From IMG/VR virus record IMGVR_UViG_3300043427_003273, positions 36,902 to 100,901 of that record: a DNA stretch of 64,000 nucleotides. The stretch is one strand, 5' to 3'. The notes under the pieces are model-generated. The model did not search any database. It was given only the letters and a program-made list of their open reading frames with translations, and had not been told where the DNA came from. The translations under genes and the position numbers were made by a program. Shown one piece after another: positions 19,223 through 29,240 of this stretch (the stretch's first letter is position 1; every line of letters begins with the position of its first letter). The DNA comes from a virus.

Positions 19223-22200
19223 TTAAATTGATGGTTTAAGTGTTGCAATTCCTCTCAAATCTTTTATTAAAGGTGGTTGAGCTTGATTCTTGGAGGCCAA
19301 AATAATTTTTATAGCAAATCCAGTGAATTCTGAAAGATTATCTACAGTATATTCATAATCACTGTATTCAAGTCCAACAGAAAATGTATCCTCAGAATCG
19401 GCAGATCCATCATTCTTCGATGCATCTATTACTCTTTTTATTCCAGAAGAATCTACTTCATAATTTGAGAATCCTGGGAATGGTTCAAAATTTGGATTTC
19501 CAAATGGCGCATCTTTCCTGAAAAGTTTATATAAAACTCTAATATCATTATCTTGATTTCTAGATGCTTTTAAGAATACTTTGAGAGAATTTGCAGGAAG
19601 TTTTAAAGTTATTGGCTTTGTAATATAAACTGCTTCATGGAGGTCATCACCACCTCTAATATATTCAACATCACCGAATGTAGAATCTTTTCCAACTCCC
19701 GCAGGTGCATTAATGAGATTTGAGGTTAGTATTACACTAGTTGTAACATCATCAATTACTGGAGATACTCTACTATCTTCTGTTGTTAAAGTAATTTCCA
19801 TAGAAAGACTTCTATTTCCAGGAACATCACTAATATTTCTTTCTTCATTTACAGTAGAAGCAACTAATCTAGGAGTTGGGAAAGATATTGGTTGATCAAG
19901 TGAAATATCAACATATCCTTGATCTTCAAATGAAGATTCATTTCCATCAATACTTGTTGCACTAAATGTACGAACCTTTGCACTTATATTTGTTCTTGCA
20001 AGTTTAATAGTGGCAAAATTTGGTGTCAAAATTTCATATTGAACATTTGTAGAAACAATTGGACCAGAATCTCCAAGTATAGATGTGCTATTAAAAATAA
20101 CATCATTTCCAATATTTGAACCTATTGTTGTATTTGGATCTACATTATTGTCAGTATCACCTGGTGGAATTTTAATATAGAATGAATTTAAAGATATTGG
20201 ATGAGTGTTCGTATCAATTGATGCTAAATTATGTACTTTATTAATTCTTCTTAAAGAGACTCCATTAAATTCATACCTGTAAACTGGAACGCCAACATTA
20301 TACGACTGGGATTCTGTTCCATCAACTTTTCTTATCACAGTTTGAGAACCTCCTCCCAAAGAAGTTCCTGTATAAGTTGTATATCCAACTATTTCATTTC
20401 CAATAATTACATAACCAGGATTTATATTAGTAACTGGAGTGCCTTCAAAGGTTTCAAATCCACTAGTATTCCCAATATTGATTAAAGTAGTCTCAGTAGA
20501 TGATACGGATTCTGCCAATAAACTATTTGGCTCATCTTCTTCTGGTCTAATGTTGCTAATTCTTACATAATTTTGAGTTGAATGCATTCCATGATTTACA
20601 ACATTGAGTAGTAAATGCTGACCATCGTAGATTGGGTTTTGATCTACAATTTCAACGATTGATTCTGATTCCGTTACATAAGTACCGATCCCACTTTGTG
20701 GTATATAGTAAATAGGCAATGAGTTAAACAAGGTTCCACTTAAAGAACCAGGACTTTTAACAATATTATCTAATATTAAAGTGTTTCTAATTGAAATTGA
20801 ATTTACAGTAAATTCCCCACCAAATCCAACATCAGTTCCTATTGATGGAATAGTCAATTGATCTCCAGATTGATATCCATATCCACCACTAGTTATATTT
20901 GCATAAGAAATAACACCATTATTTACAGTAATATCGGCAAAAGCACCTTTTCCAGATCCAGTTACAGATATCAAAGATACATTGTTAAATGTATATGTTC
21001 CAGATGTTGGAGTATATCCTATTCCTGGATTTGAAACAGTAATTCCAATGCCAGATGCTATACTTCCCCCAATTCCAATTAATTTTGAAGTAGATTGTCC
21101 TTGTTGATATATTGTAACTCCTGGTAAGACATCTGGTTTGAAATTTTCAGTACCTTGAACTTTTACTACTGCCCTTTTTGATAAGCATGTTATTTGATTT
21201 TCACCCAAAACAGTAACTTTATTATTTTTCAAAGAAAGTTTAGGATTGTAATATCTAACAACGCCGCTATTAACAAAATCTGCCCTATAAAGTTTATACT
21301 TTAAATCTTCTAATTGAGATGGAGTCCAAGTCGTTCCATTTTGAGATTTAAACAAACTCCCCAGAGTTGGCTGAGATCCTATTTTTATATTGGTTAAAAT
21401 GTCATTTTCACCAAGTCTTGAAATAAACACTCTATAATTGGAACTATTCGACTGCAAAACTACAGAATATTCATTGCTCACTTCACTTGCAATAGGAGCT
21501 CCTCTAACTTCTTGAGCCTGTGGACCAGAAAGATATACTGGAGATGCAAATCTAAATCTTGTTGGTAAAGTCCCATCAATTGATGTATTAATTTCTGAAG
21601 GATCCAGAGTAACTTCTGAGAAAGGTAAAACGGTATTTGTAGGAGTTCCATTTTCCATTGTACGAATCTGTAAAGTTACTGGAATAGACTCGTCAATAGT
21701 TTCAAAATAAACATCAACACCCGTTAAGAATATTCCAGTTTCGTCTTTAACATAAAACGACTGTGCCAATGGATCTCTAACTTCCCATCTAGTTGTCAAT
21801 CTATCTTCTCTTCCCTGAATTCTTGTATTAGTAATTGCAGTTGTATTCGTTGTTGTATTTGTTATAGTTGTTGTGTTGACATTTCTAGATGGTCTAATAA
21901 TTATATTTCTTGTTGTTAAAATATTTCTTTGCGTCACATTCGTAGTAGAAGAAGAAGTAAAATCTTCTTCCGCAGAACTTTCATTTGTAACGTTCTGATC
22001 TCCAGACGAAAGTTCGGAAAGTGATGGAGTATCAATGATTGTAAATGTATTTTCTCCATTAATCCACTGTGGATTTCCAGTAACCTTTGAATCTGGAATA
22101 TACAATGATCCGATTAATCTTCCAGTATTATCAGAAACTAATCTTGAATTTGTAATTCTTGCAACTGCTCCAGAAGTTTTCCCAATGATTCTCATATTAA

Positions 22201-25200
22201 TAGCAATTTCACCATAAAAATCAACTTCGGATGATAATTGCAAAGATCTTGTATCAACATTAATATAATCAGATGCTTCAGTATAATTTTCTGGTGGAGC
22301 ACTTTGTCTATATGGAATTAATTTAAATGTTTCTGTTGGATTTGCAAAGGGACCAGTTTTATGGTTTGGATTACATGCTCTAAATCTAATCTTTTTAGAT
22401 GTGAAGTGAGGATCACTTTCTATTGTTTCTCCAATTTGGAATTTTCCAGAAATCATTTCTATTTCAAGAAGTTTTGGAATAATATACTTATTAACATCAA
22501 TTCCTTCAAAGAATGAATAAAATCTTGTTCTTGGTCGCAATCCTTTAACATCAAATTCAATATTTCTACTTCTTAAAAATCTAGTTGGCTCGGTGAAGTT
22601 TGAAATATTTTCTTCAACAGTTGTTTCTTCTCTAATTTCTGGTGGTATAGTAGTTCTTACAGTGTTACTTTCAGAAACTACCGATGTAGTTATGGATTCA
22701 GTAACTCTCGTAATGTCTGGAGATCCTGGAGCATAGTTGAGGAAAATAGCTTGATTTGGTGTTCTTTGACGAATTTGAGTTATATAAGAATCCGCAACAT
22801 CCCTGGGAAGAATTCTAGAGAGCCAATTTATGTCAGCTTCTGTAATTCCCCACTTATAAGCTCTAAATTGTACAGCTTGCCTACCATTAACATTTACGAC
22901 AGTTGTGGAAAGACCTCTTGTGTTATATCTGAAAGATTCTACCCAATTAGCGTTTCTCCAATTGCGATTTCCTCTGGCCCATCCAGCTCTTCTCCAAAAA
23001 CTCCCATTAGAAGTAATCCATCTTCTTCTCCAAATACCTCTTTGTGTAACAACTTCGTTTCTAAAAACAACCTGATTTCTAATTACATTACGAGTAACTG
23101 ATACATTGATATCTGGTTCTTGGGGTAAATTTGTAGTTCTTGTGTTAAAACTTTGATTTACAATTTCTCTTTCTTCAATCCAAGTATCACTTGGGGGGTT
23201 AAGTTGTATAGAACCAGACCAATACTTGACCAAAAATGGAGTTACACTTTCAGTTCTAGTAGCATAAGGTTGATTGAAATATTCAAGATCTTGATAATTT
23301 AATGTTATTAAATCTCCAGTTTTTCTTATCCCGTCAGATCCAAGATCTGACACATAATCATGATCCTTTGTTGGATCAAATGTTTCTCCAACTCCAGAAA
23401 TAACCTCAGATCCCAACTGCATATCGAGTGAAGTTGTATAATGAGTTGGTCTTAAAACATTTAATTGATCATCGATAGATACTTTATAATCTGGATCTTC
23501 TTCATTATGTAAATTTGTATTTTTGAATGTATCCACAAAAAATCCGCACTTAAACCGCTCCAATCCAGTATCTGCATCTTTTATACTTAAATTTTCGGTT
23601 TTAGTTTCTAATGTTGTTAATATAGTAAATTCTTCTAATCTTTTAATTCTATCTTCAAGAAGAGAAATATCTTGCATGGTATATTTTCTGTGCCTCTCAA
23701 CACTCACTTCAATGTTTTGAACATTAAAAACATATGGAGGAAGATTTACTTTAGCAATTTCTAATGAATTGTCTGGAACATCTGGCTCAATAGGACGTAT
23801 TCCAGGTGTGCCTTGAATAATTGAAAAAGTTCCGTCAGAATTCAGTACAACTTTATCAATTCTTCCAACGTAGTATTTGTAGCAAACTTGAATATTTTCT
23901 CCTGGAGCTAAAATATATTTTGAATATTGTCCATCTGCAGACAACTCTCTAGATGAAAATTCAAATGGTGATTTATGAGATGAAAGATTATATTTAGATA
24001 CTCTTGGTCTTAAATCCAAATAATCACTAACTCTATTATCATTATAAATTGGTATATCATGCTTAAAGTTATTTTCGGAATAACTATTAGCAGTAAAAAT
24101 TTCTCCAGTGTCTGATGAATCTACGGAATAATGTTGGAAAACAACCTTTAATGATTTTTTAGGCTCCTCAACATTTTTCTTTCTAATCAATTTTCCATAA
24201 TTATAATATGATGATGTTTGTCCATTATCAAGATCAAAATTTTGAGTAATATTTCTATCTCCCAAAGATATTGAATTGATATTAGTTCTTAATGAAGATT
24301 CTTTTGCTATTAAAACCTCACCATTTTCAAATGTTTTAGAATTTAAATAAACAAATTCCAAAACATTCGTGTCAACTTTACTGACCAATAAGGCAGCAGC
24401 TCCACTTGTTTCTCCTATGAGATTTTCTCCAACAATATAGCTCTGTGCATTAGATCCAGTAATTTGAAGACTTGGTAAAGTAGCATCATTTTCGTTACTA
24501 GATTCAAATACACCTATTACTCTAACAACATCTGGAATATTCAAACATATTTCTTTATCTTGTATTCTAGTTCCATAAATTAAACTATATGTTAAACCAT
24601 CATTAAATGTTGTTTGACCTATTCCAGCATATGGATATTTTGATCTCTTAATGTTTAAAACTTCTGCTTTATTGAATTTTTTAATTTTTGAATTTAATGT
24701 AGTATTAGTGATAGTGGCAATAACATCAGCAGATCCAATTGTCTGAGATAGATCAACAAATGTTGCTGTTTTACCAGAAGAATCTATGCTAAATTTATCA
24801 AATCTAATTGATTCTTTATTTCCATTTGAATATGTTATAACATACCTATCTTCATCAAATTCAGCAAAGAAAAGATCTTCTTCCGATGGACTAATAGTAA
24901 TTGAAAGTTGATTTCCACTTACTGGAACATTTTTAAATAATCTTCTTTGAGTTATTAAATTGTTTTCAATGTTTATTGACGAAATATTAATGTTACTTAA
25001 TTTTGTTAGTAAAGATTCACTATCTGGAGAACCATAAATTGATGCAGAAACTTTTTGAATATTAGTAACTTGATCATCTGAATTGGTAGTATTAACACCA
25101 CCAGAAATATAATTTGTTACAGTGGCTATTCCAGTTACAGTAAATGATTTTCCTTCTGGATCAATTGTTAAAACTTTATTGTAAGTTGGAATTTGAGTTC

Positions 25201-27625
25201 CATCTAAACCTTCTGGAGCTCTAGTATAATTCCAAAGAATTATATCATTTTCCTTTAGATTTTCAGTTATTCTTCCGAATGATATTGAAGATATTGTTGA
25301 TATTCCATTGTATGCCGCACTTACAGTAAAAAGAGTTCCAGATGGAGCTAAAGATGCTTTTTTATCTAGTATTAAATCTGCATTAAAAGTTGAAATTCCA
25401 GAATTTGAGTAAACAGATTTTACATCATTAAGATCATATTCTATTACATTTTTAATTACTCTTCCTTGTTCTATTCCATTAATTATAACTCTTTCGTTTT
25501 TTAAGAATTTTCCATTAACTTCATATAATCTTATTGTTGAAATTCCAACCAATCCAGAATCCAATTTTGTCCAAACTGCAGATGTTGGTCCAGAATAATA
25601 GTTTTCTGCAGTTACTCCAGATAGAGTAAAAACATTTTGATTTATGATAGTATCAACAGTAAAATTGCCATTGTAATTTGAATTACTTGAATTTTCAATA
25701 TAAATGTCTTCCCCTCCAACTAATCCATGATTAGTTGCATTAATTCTTGCAATTTCAGTACTTTCCGTAAAATTTCCAAATCCAGAAGGATTGTCAAATA
25801 AATCCGATGGCTGATCTCCACCAATCCCTTCATTAATGTCAATTACAATTCCTTGTCCAGCATCTGCTAAAGCTGTAGTTCCCAATCCAACTACTGGAAT
25901 AACTACATTACTTACCGATAAAACCGTAAATTTTCCTGCAGTTTGATAGTCTAGCTGTTCTTCACCAGTTCCATTAATATAAATTTTTTCTCCAGGACTC
26001 AAATTATGATTTGTTGGGGTAGTTATTGTTGCTATTCCAATTGGAGAGAAAAAGGCACTTTCTATTCCAACTGTATTAAATGTTGCCGAAGTTATATCTA
26101 CTAATGGTGAAAAATCTAAAGCATGTGCAGTTGCTCCAGATTTTGCGCCTTGAAAATGTGAGGGTTTAAATACTGGTATAGATTTTTCAAAATTTAGAAC
26201 CGTGTATGTTTGAATATCAAACAATCTAAGATGCATTCTACTTAAATTATCTTTATATTCACTCTCTGGAACATAATCATAAACTCTTGCAACTCCAATT
26301 GTAGTTCCAGAAGCAACTGACCTATTTAAACCAAGTCTATCTGTCATTAAACTTATAACTGCATCTGTTCCCAATCCTACAGATGGAGATCCAAAAGTAT
26401 TATTGAGAACAAATAATGTGCCAGCATTATAAGAAATTACTTCTTTTTTGCAAGTATCTGAAGTTCTTGGTTTTGGAGCATCTAAAAGTCTTGCTGATAT
26501 GGTTTCTACAGTGTATCCACCAATGTATGCTTTTCCTGGTCCAATTTGATAAACTATTTTGTCTTCGGATGGAGTATTTCCAGATACAGTTGTTTGATTG
26601 CTAAAATAAACACCGTTATTCAAAATGCCATCATTAAGACTATCCCTCACATAAACAGTAAATGGCTTTACAAAAAAGTCACCACTTACATCAGCAATAA
26701 CTTTAGCGGATTCAGTCTTTGCCGCAAGAACTGGCTTTATTTCAGAAATATTTGTTCTGGGAAATTGAGGAATTCCATCAACTACTCTCATTATTTCCAC
26801 AAATCCATCAATTTCAATATCATCCAATTCTTTTTTTGCAAGAATTAATTCCAATTTAAGTCGGTCTGCCCCAGGTGCTGTATAATTGGTAAAACTTCTT
26901 GCATTGTCAAATAAAGAATCATCTTCATCTGATGTAACTATTCTTTCTATAATATCAAACCCAATTTTATATGAAGGATTTGTATTATATTGCTCAAGGA
27001 CTAAAGATTGTCCCAATATGTTTGCAAATATGCCCCTAACAAAACATACTCCATCAGAAATAGATACTGAAGATGCCTTTGAATTGCAATTTATTGAAAT
27101 AGTATTACAAATTCCCTGATTTGCTTGAATAGAAAATTTATTATTTTCTCCGTAACTTATAATACTTAAAGAAATTAAAGTTTCTCCATCCTGAAATTTT
27201 TTTACTGTTAAATCTTGCCCACCACTTTCTAAGTATTTTACATATAAAGTAAAATTTCCTCTTTCCGAATTTTTATTTTCAATTAAATCAAATACTTCTG
27301 CTGTTACCCCACTTGACAAACCTTGAATTTTTTTACCAAGCAATGATTTAAAATATAACGAAATTGGAAAACCATTATAACTTGGATCAAGTTCTACAGC
27401 ATATATTGGGTTGTTATAACTAACCGTTCCAGGAATTACTATCTCGCCTTCTTTGAAAAATTTGCTTCCAAATTGCTCAATTTGATTTTGAAGTATAGAC
27501 TGAGATGTTGTTAATTCTCTAGCTTGTACTGGATATCCTGGTTTAAACAAAACCCTATAATAATCTTTATTCTTATCAAAATCATCAAAATATGGGGATA
27601 CGTTAAAATTAGTTTCCTGGGGCAT
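19223..27625 (-). CDS. Giant VrlC/DUF4815-like virion structural protein (2800 aa)
   Basis: NFNVSPYFDDF...VLFKPGYPVQARELT, APGADRLK, RFKCGFFVD, DPLAQSF, SLFKSQNGTTWTPSQLEDLK. Confidence 0.9.
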   Translation of the reverse strand: MPQETNFNVSPYFDDFDKNKDYYRVLFKPGYPVQARELTTSQSILQNQIEQFGSKFFKEGEIVIPGTVSYNNPIYAVELDPSYNGFPISLYFKSLLGKKIQGLSSGVTAEVFDLIENKNSERGNFTLYVKYLESGGQDLTVKKFQDGETLISLSIISYGENNKFSIQANQGICNTISINCNSKASSVSISDGVCFVRGIFANILGQSLVLEQYNTNPSYKIGFDIIERIVTSDEDDSLFDNARSFTNYTAPGADRLKLELILAKKELDDIEIDGFVEIMRVVDGIPQFPRTNISEIKPVLAAKTESAKVIADVSGDFFVKPFTVYVRDSLNDGILNNGVYFSNQTTVSGNTPSEDKIVYQIGPGKAYIGGYTVETISARLLDAPKPRTSDTCKKEVISYNAGTLFVLNNTFGSPSVGLGTDAVISLMTDRLGLNRSVASGTTIGVARVYDYVPESEYKDNLSRMHLRLFDIQTYTVLNFEKSIPVFKPSHFQGAKSGATAHALDFSPLVDITSATFNTVGIESAFFSPIGIATITTPTNHNLSPGEKIYINGTGEEQLDYQTAGKFTVLSVSNVVIPVVGLGTTALADAGQGIVIDINEGIGGDQPSDLFDNPSGFGNFTESTEIARINATNHGLVGGEDIYIENSSNSNYNGNFTVDTIINQNVFTLSGVTAENYYSGPTSAVWTKLDSGLVGISTIRLYEVNGKFLKNERVIINGIEQGRVIKNVIEYDLNDVKSVYSNSGISTFNADLILDKKASLAPSGTLFTVSAAYNGISTISSISFGRITENLKENDIILWNYTRAPEGLDGTQIPTYNKVLTIDPEGKSFTVTGIATVTNYISGGVNTTNSDDQVTNIQKVSASIYGSPDSESLLTKLSNINISSINIENNLITQRRLFKNVPVSGNQLSITISPSEEDLFFAEFDEDRYVITYSNGNKESIRFDKFSIDSSGKTATFVDLSQTIGSADVIATITNTTLNSKIKKFNKAEVLNIKRSKYPYAGIGQTTFNDGLTYSLIYGTRIQDKEICLNIPDVVRVIGVFESSNENDATLPSLQITGSNAQSYIVGENLIGETSGAAALLVSKVDTNVLEFVYLNSKTFENGEVLIAKESSLRTNINSISLGDRNITQNFDLDNGQTSSYYNYGKLIRKKNVEEPKKSLKVVFQHYSVDSSDTGEIFTANSYSENNFKHDIPIYNDNRVSDYLDLRPRVSKYNLSSHKSPFEFSSRELSADGQYSKYILAPGENIQVCYKYYVGRIDKVVLNSDGTFSIIQGTPGIRPIEPDVPDNSLEIAKVNLPPYVFNVQNIEVSVERHRKYTMQDISLLEDRIKRLEEFTILTTLETKTENLSIKDADTGLERFKCGFFVDTFKNTNLHNEEDPDYKVSIDDQLNVLRPTHYTTSLDMQLGSEVISGVGETFDPTKDHDYVSDLGSDGIRKTGDLITLNYQDLEYFNQPYATRTESVTPFLVKYWSGSIQLNPPSDTWIEEREIVNQSFNTRTTNLPQEPDINVSVTRNVIRNQVVFRNEVVTQRGIWRRRWITSNGSFWRRAGWARGNRNWRNANWVESFRYNTRGLSTTVVNVNGRQAVQFRAYKWGITEADINWLSRILPRDVADSYITQIRQRTPNQAIFLNYAPGSPDITRVTESITTSVVSESNTVRTTIPPEIREETTVEENISNFTEPTRFLRSRNIEFDVKGLRPRTRFYSFFEGIDVNKYIIPKLLEIEMISGKFQIGETIESDPHFTSKKIRFRACNPNHKTGPFANPTETFKLIPYRQSAPPENYTEASDYINVDTRSLQLSSEVDFYGEIAINMRIIGKTSGAVARITNSRLVSDNTGRLIGSLYIPDSKVTGNPQWINGENTFTIIDTPSLSELSSGDQNVTNESSAEEDFTSSSTTNVTQRNILTTRNIIIRPSRNVNTTTITNTTTNTTAITNTRIQGREDRLTTRWEVRDPLAQSFYVKDETGIFLTGVDVYFETIDESIPVTLQIRTMENGTPTNTVLPFSEVTLDPSEINTSIDGTLPTRFRFASPVYLSGPQAQEVRGAPIASEVSNEYSVVLQSNSSNYRVFISRLGENDILTNIKIGSQPTLGSLFKSQNGTTWTPSQLEDLKYKLYRADFVNSGVVRYYNPKLSLKNNKVTVLGENQITCLSKRAVVKVQGTENFKPDVLPGVTIYQQGQSTSKLIGIGGSIASGIGITVSNPGIGYTPTSGTYTFNNVSLISVTGSGKGAFADITVNNGVISYANITSGGYGYQSGDQLTIPSIGTDVGFGGEFTVNSISIRNTLILDNIVKSPGSLSGTLFNSLPIYYIPQSGIGTYVTESESIVEIVDQNPIYDGQHLLLNVVNHGMHSTQNYVRISNIRPEEDEPNSLLAESVSSTETTLINIGNTSGFETFEGTPVTNINPGYVIIGNEIVGYTTYTGTSLGGGSQTVIRKVDGTESQSYNVGVPVYRYEFNGVSLRRINKVHNLASIDTNTHPISLNSFYIKIPPGDTDNNVDPNTTIGSNIGNDVIFNSTSILGDSGPIVSTNVQYEILTPNFATIKLARTNISAKVRTFSATSIDGNESSFEDQGYVDISLDQPISFPTPRLVASTVNEERNISDVPGNRSLSMEITLTTEDSRVSPVIDDVTTSVILTSNLINAPAGVGKDSTFGDVEYIRGGDDLHEAVYITKPITLKLPANSLKVFLKASRNQDNDIRVLYKLFRKDAPFGNPNFEPFPGFSNYEVDSSGIKRVIDASKNDGSADSEDTFSVGLEYSDYEYTVDNLSEFTGFAIKIILASKNQAQPPLIKDLRGIATLKPSI

Positions 27626-27631
27626 GACTGT

Positions 27632-29200
27632 TTAGAATTGCAAAATAACTTTAATATCTTCTTTTTGGTTTTGTGACCTTGTTATGGGAGGTCTATTATC
27701 TACGTATATTAAATCTCCAGAATATTTTTGAACTTCTGGATTAGATAATCCTTGAACAAAAGGTTGACCAACATAGTATGTTCTACTATTTATTGTGGTA
27801 CTTATACCAGGATTTATTGATGTTCCAAAATTACTATCTATTGGAATCGTTGAAATTTCACCCACAATATTAATACTTCCTCCTATTTCTGGAGTTGATG
27901 TAAATTTAAATACTTCAAATCCATACTGAGAATTATTTTGATCTCCTTGAAAATCAAATCCATAGTTTGTTTTATCTGTCCAATATTTTAGTATTCCAGT
28001 AACTTTATCATATGATATAACTCTTGCTATTGCAGTTTTTCCAGCTCCAATAGTTTGAGTAATATAACTATCAGGATTAAAAGTTGCATCTTGGTATCCC
28101 ACTCCAAGTTTAATAGCACCAACAGCACTTGCTTTATCTTTACTTAAAATTTCATTTGAATTGTAAGATAATGGATTTGCTATAATTCCTATTTGAGAAA
28201 TTTGGTTTCCGACTATAAAATCTGGATCTTGATCATCATTTTCAAGTCTTGAATAAATTAGAATATTAGTAGCACCTAATTCTCTGTATATATTTGCTCC
28301 GTGTCCATTTTTTGGAGGTATGACAATTTCAAATTCTGGGAGTCTTATAGCTACATCAACAGGAAATCCTCCAGATTCTAAGTCAAGTCTGGCAAAAGTA
28401 TATCCATTTCCCCCATTGGAAATAACAATACTTTCTACTCTTGAATCATTATTAATAATGATTGTTGCTTCTGCTCCTGCTCCATCTCCTTTAATTGGAA
28501 TTCTACTGTAAACTTGATTTGGAATTCCTAAACCTTCACCCCTATCTTTAATTATTATAGTTTTTAATTGCCCACCATCAAATGCATTTTCTCTAATAGT
28601 TGCAACATCATTATTACTCTCCCAATTTTTTGGAACTGGAATATATTGAGTTGCATCAAATCTAATCACATCAGATGGATTGATTGAATACAAATACTTC
28701 CACACATACCCATCTCCACTATTTCCTGCAGACCTAGGTTCAAGATCTGTAAATCTGGGCTCATCTAAACTTGGTTTTCCATTTGGATTTTCTGGATCTT
28801 CCCCGTTCTCTAAACAAATGTAAACTCTAAAATCACTAGTTACTACATAATAATTTGAAGAGTATAAACTTGTTGCACTACTTTGATTGGAAAGATTGTC
28901 CCTATCAACATTATTCCTATATCTGTCGTAAATAACACCAGAAATCCACTCTATTTTTCTGATAACTTGTTTTACGTCTTCACTTCTTATTTTTTTAAGG
29001 GATATCATGTTATCCCAAGCAATATTTTCTTGCTCAAAACTATCTTTAGGTGAAGGTGGGTTTACATCCCAATTTTGATTATAATCAAAAGGATTTGGTA
29101 AACCAACAAAAGTATAATAAGAATTTGACGGGTCGGAAATATCCTTTAAAAAATTCTTAGCATTCAATATTCTTAATTGATCAGTAATAATTGCTGCCAT
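27632..29200 (-). CDS. g8: Baseplate wedge protein gp8
   Basis: MAAIITDQLRILNAKNF, GDGYVWKYLY, IYVDNRPPITRS...KEDIKVILQF. Confidence 0.93.
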   Translation of the reverse strand: MAAIITDQLRILNAKNFLKDISDPSNSYYTFVGLPNPFDYNQNWDVNPPSPKDSFEQENIAWDNMISLKKIRSEDVKQVIRKIEWISGVIYDRYRNNVDRDNLSNQSSATSLYSSNYYVVTSDFRVYICLENGEDPENPNGKPSLDEPRFTDLEPRSAGNSGDGYVWKYLYSINPSDVIRFDATQYIPVPKNWESNNDVATIRENAFDGGQLKTIIIKDRGEGLGIPNQVYSRIPIKGDGAGAEATIIINNDSRVESIVISNGGNGYTFARLDLESGGFPVDVAIRLPEFEIVIPPKNGHGANIYRELGATNILIYSRLENDDQDPDFIVGNQISQIGIIANPLSYNSNEILSKDKASAVGAIKLGVGYQDATFNPDSYITQTIGAGKTAIARVISYDKVTGILKYWTDKTNYGFDFQGDQNNSQYGFEVFKFTSTPEIGGSINIVGEISTIPIDSNFGTSINPGISTTINSRTYYVGQPFVQGLSNPEVQKYSGDLIYVDNRPPITRSQNQKEDIKVILQF

Positions 29201-29240
29201 TTGTTTATTTTTATATGTATTTATTAACTAAATCAGTTAA

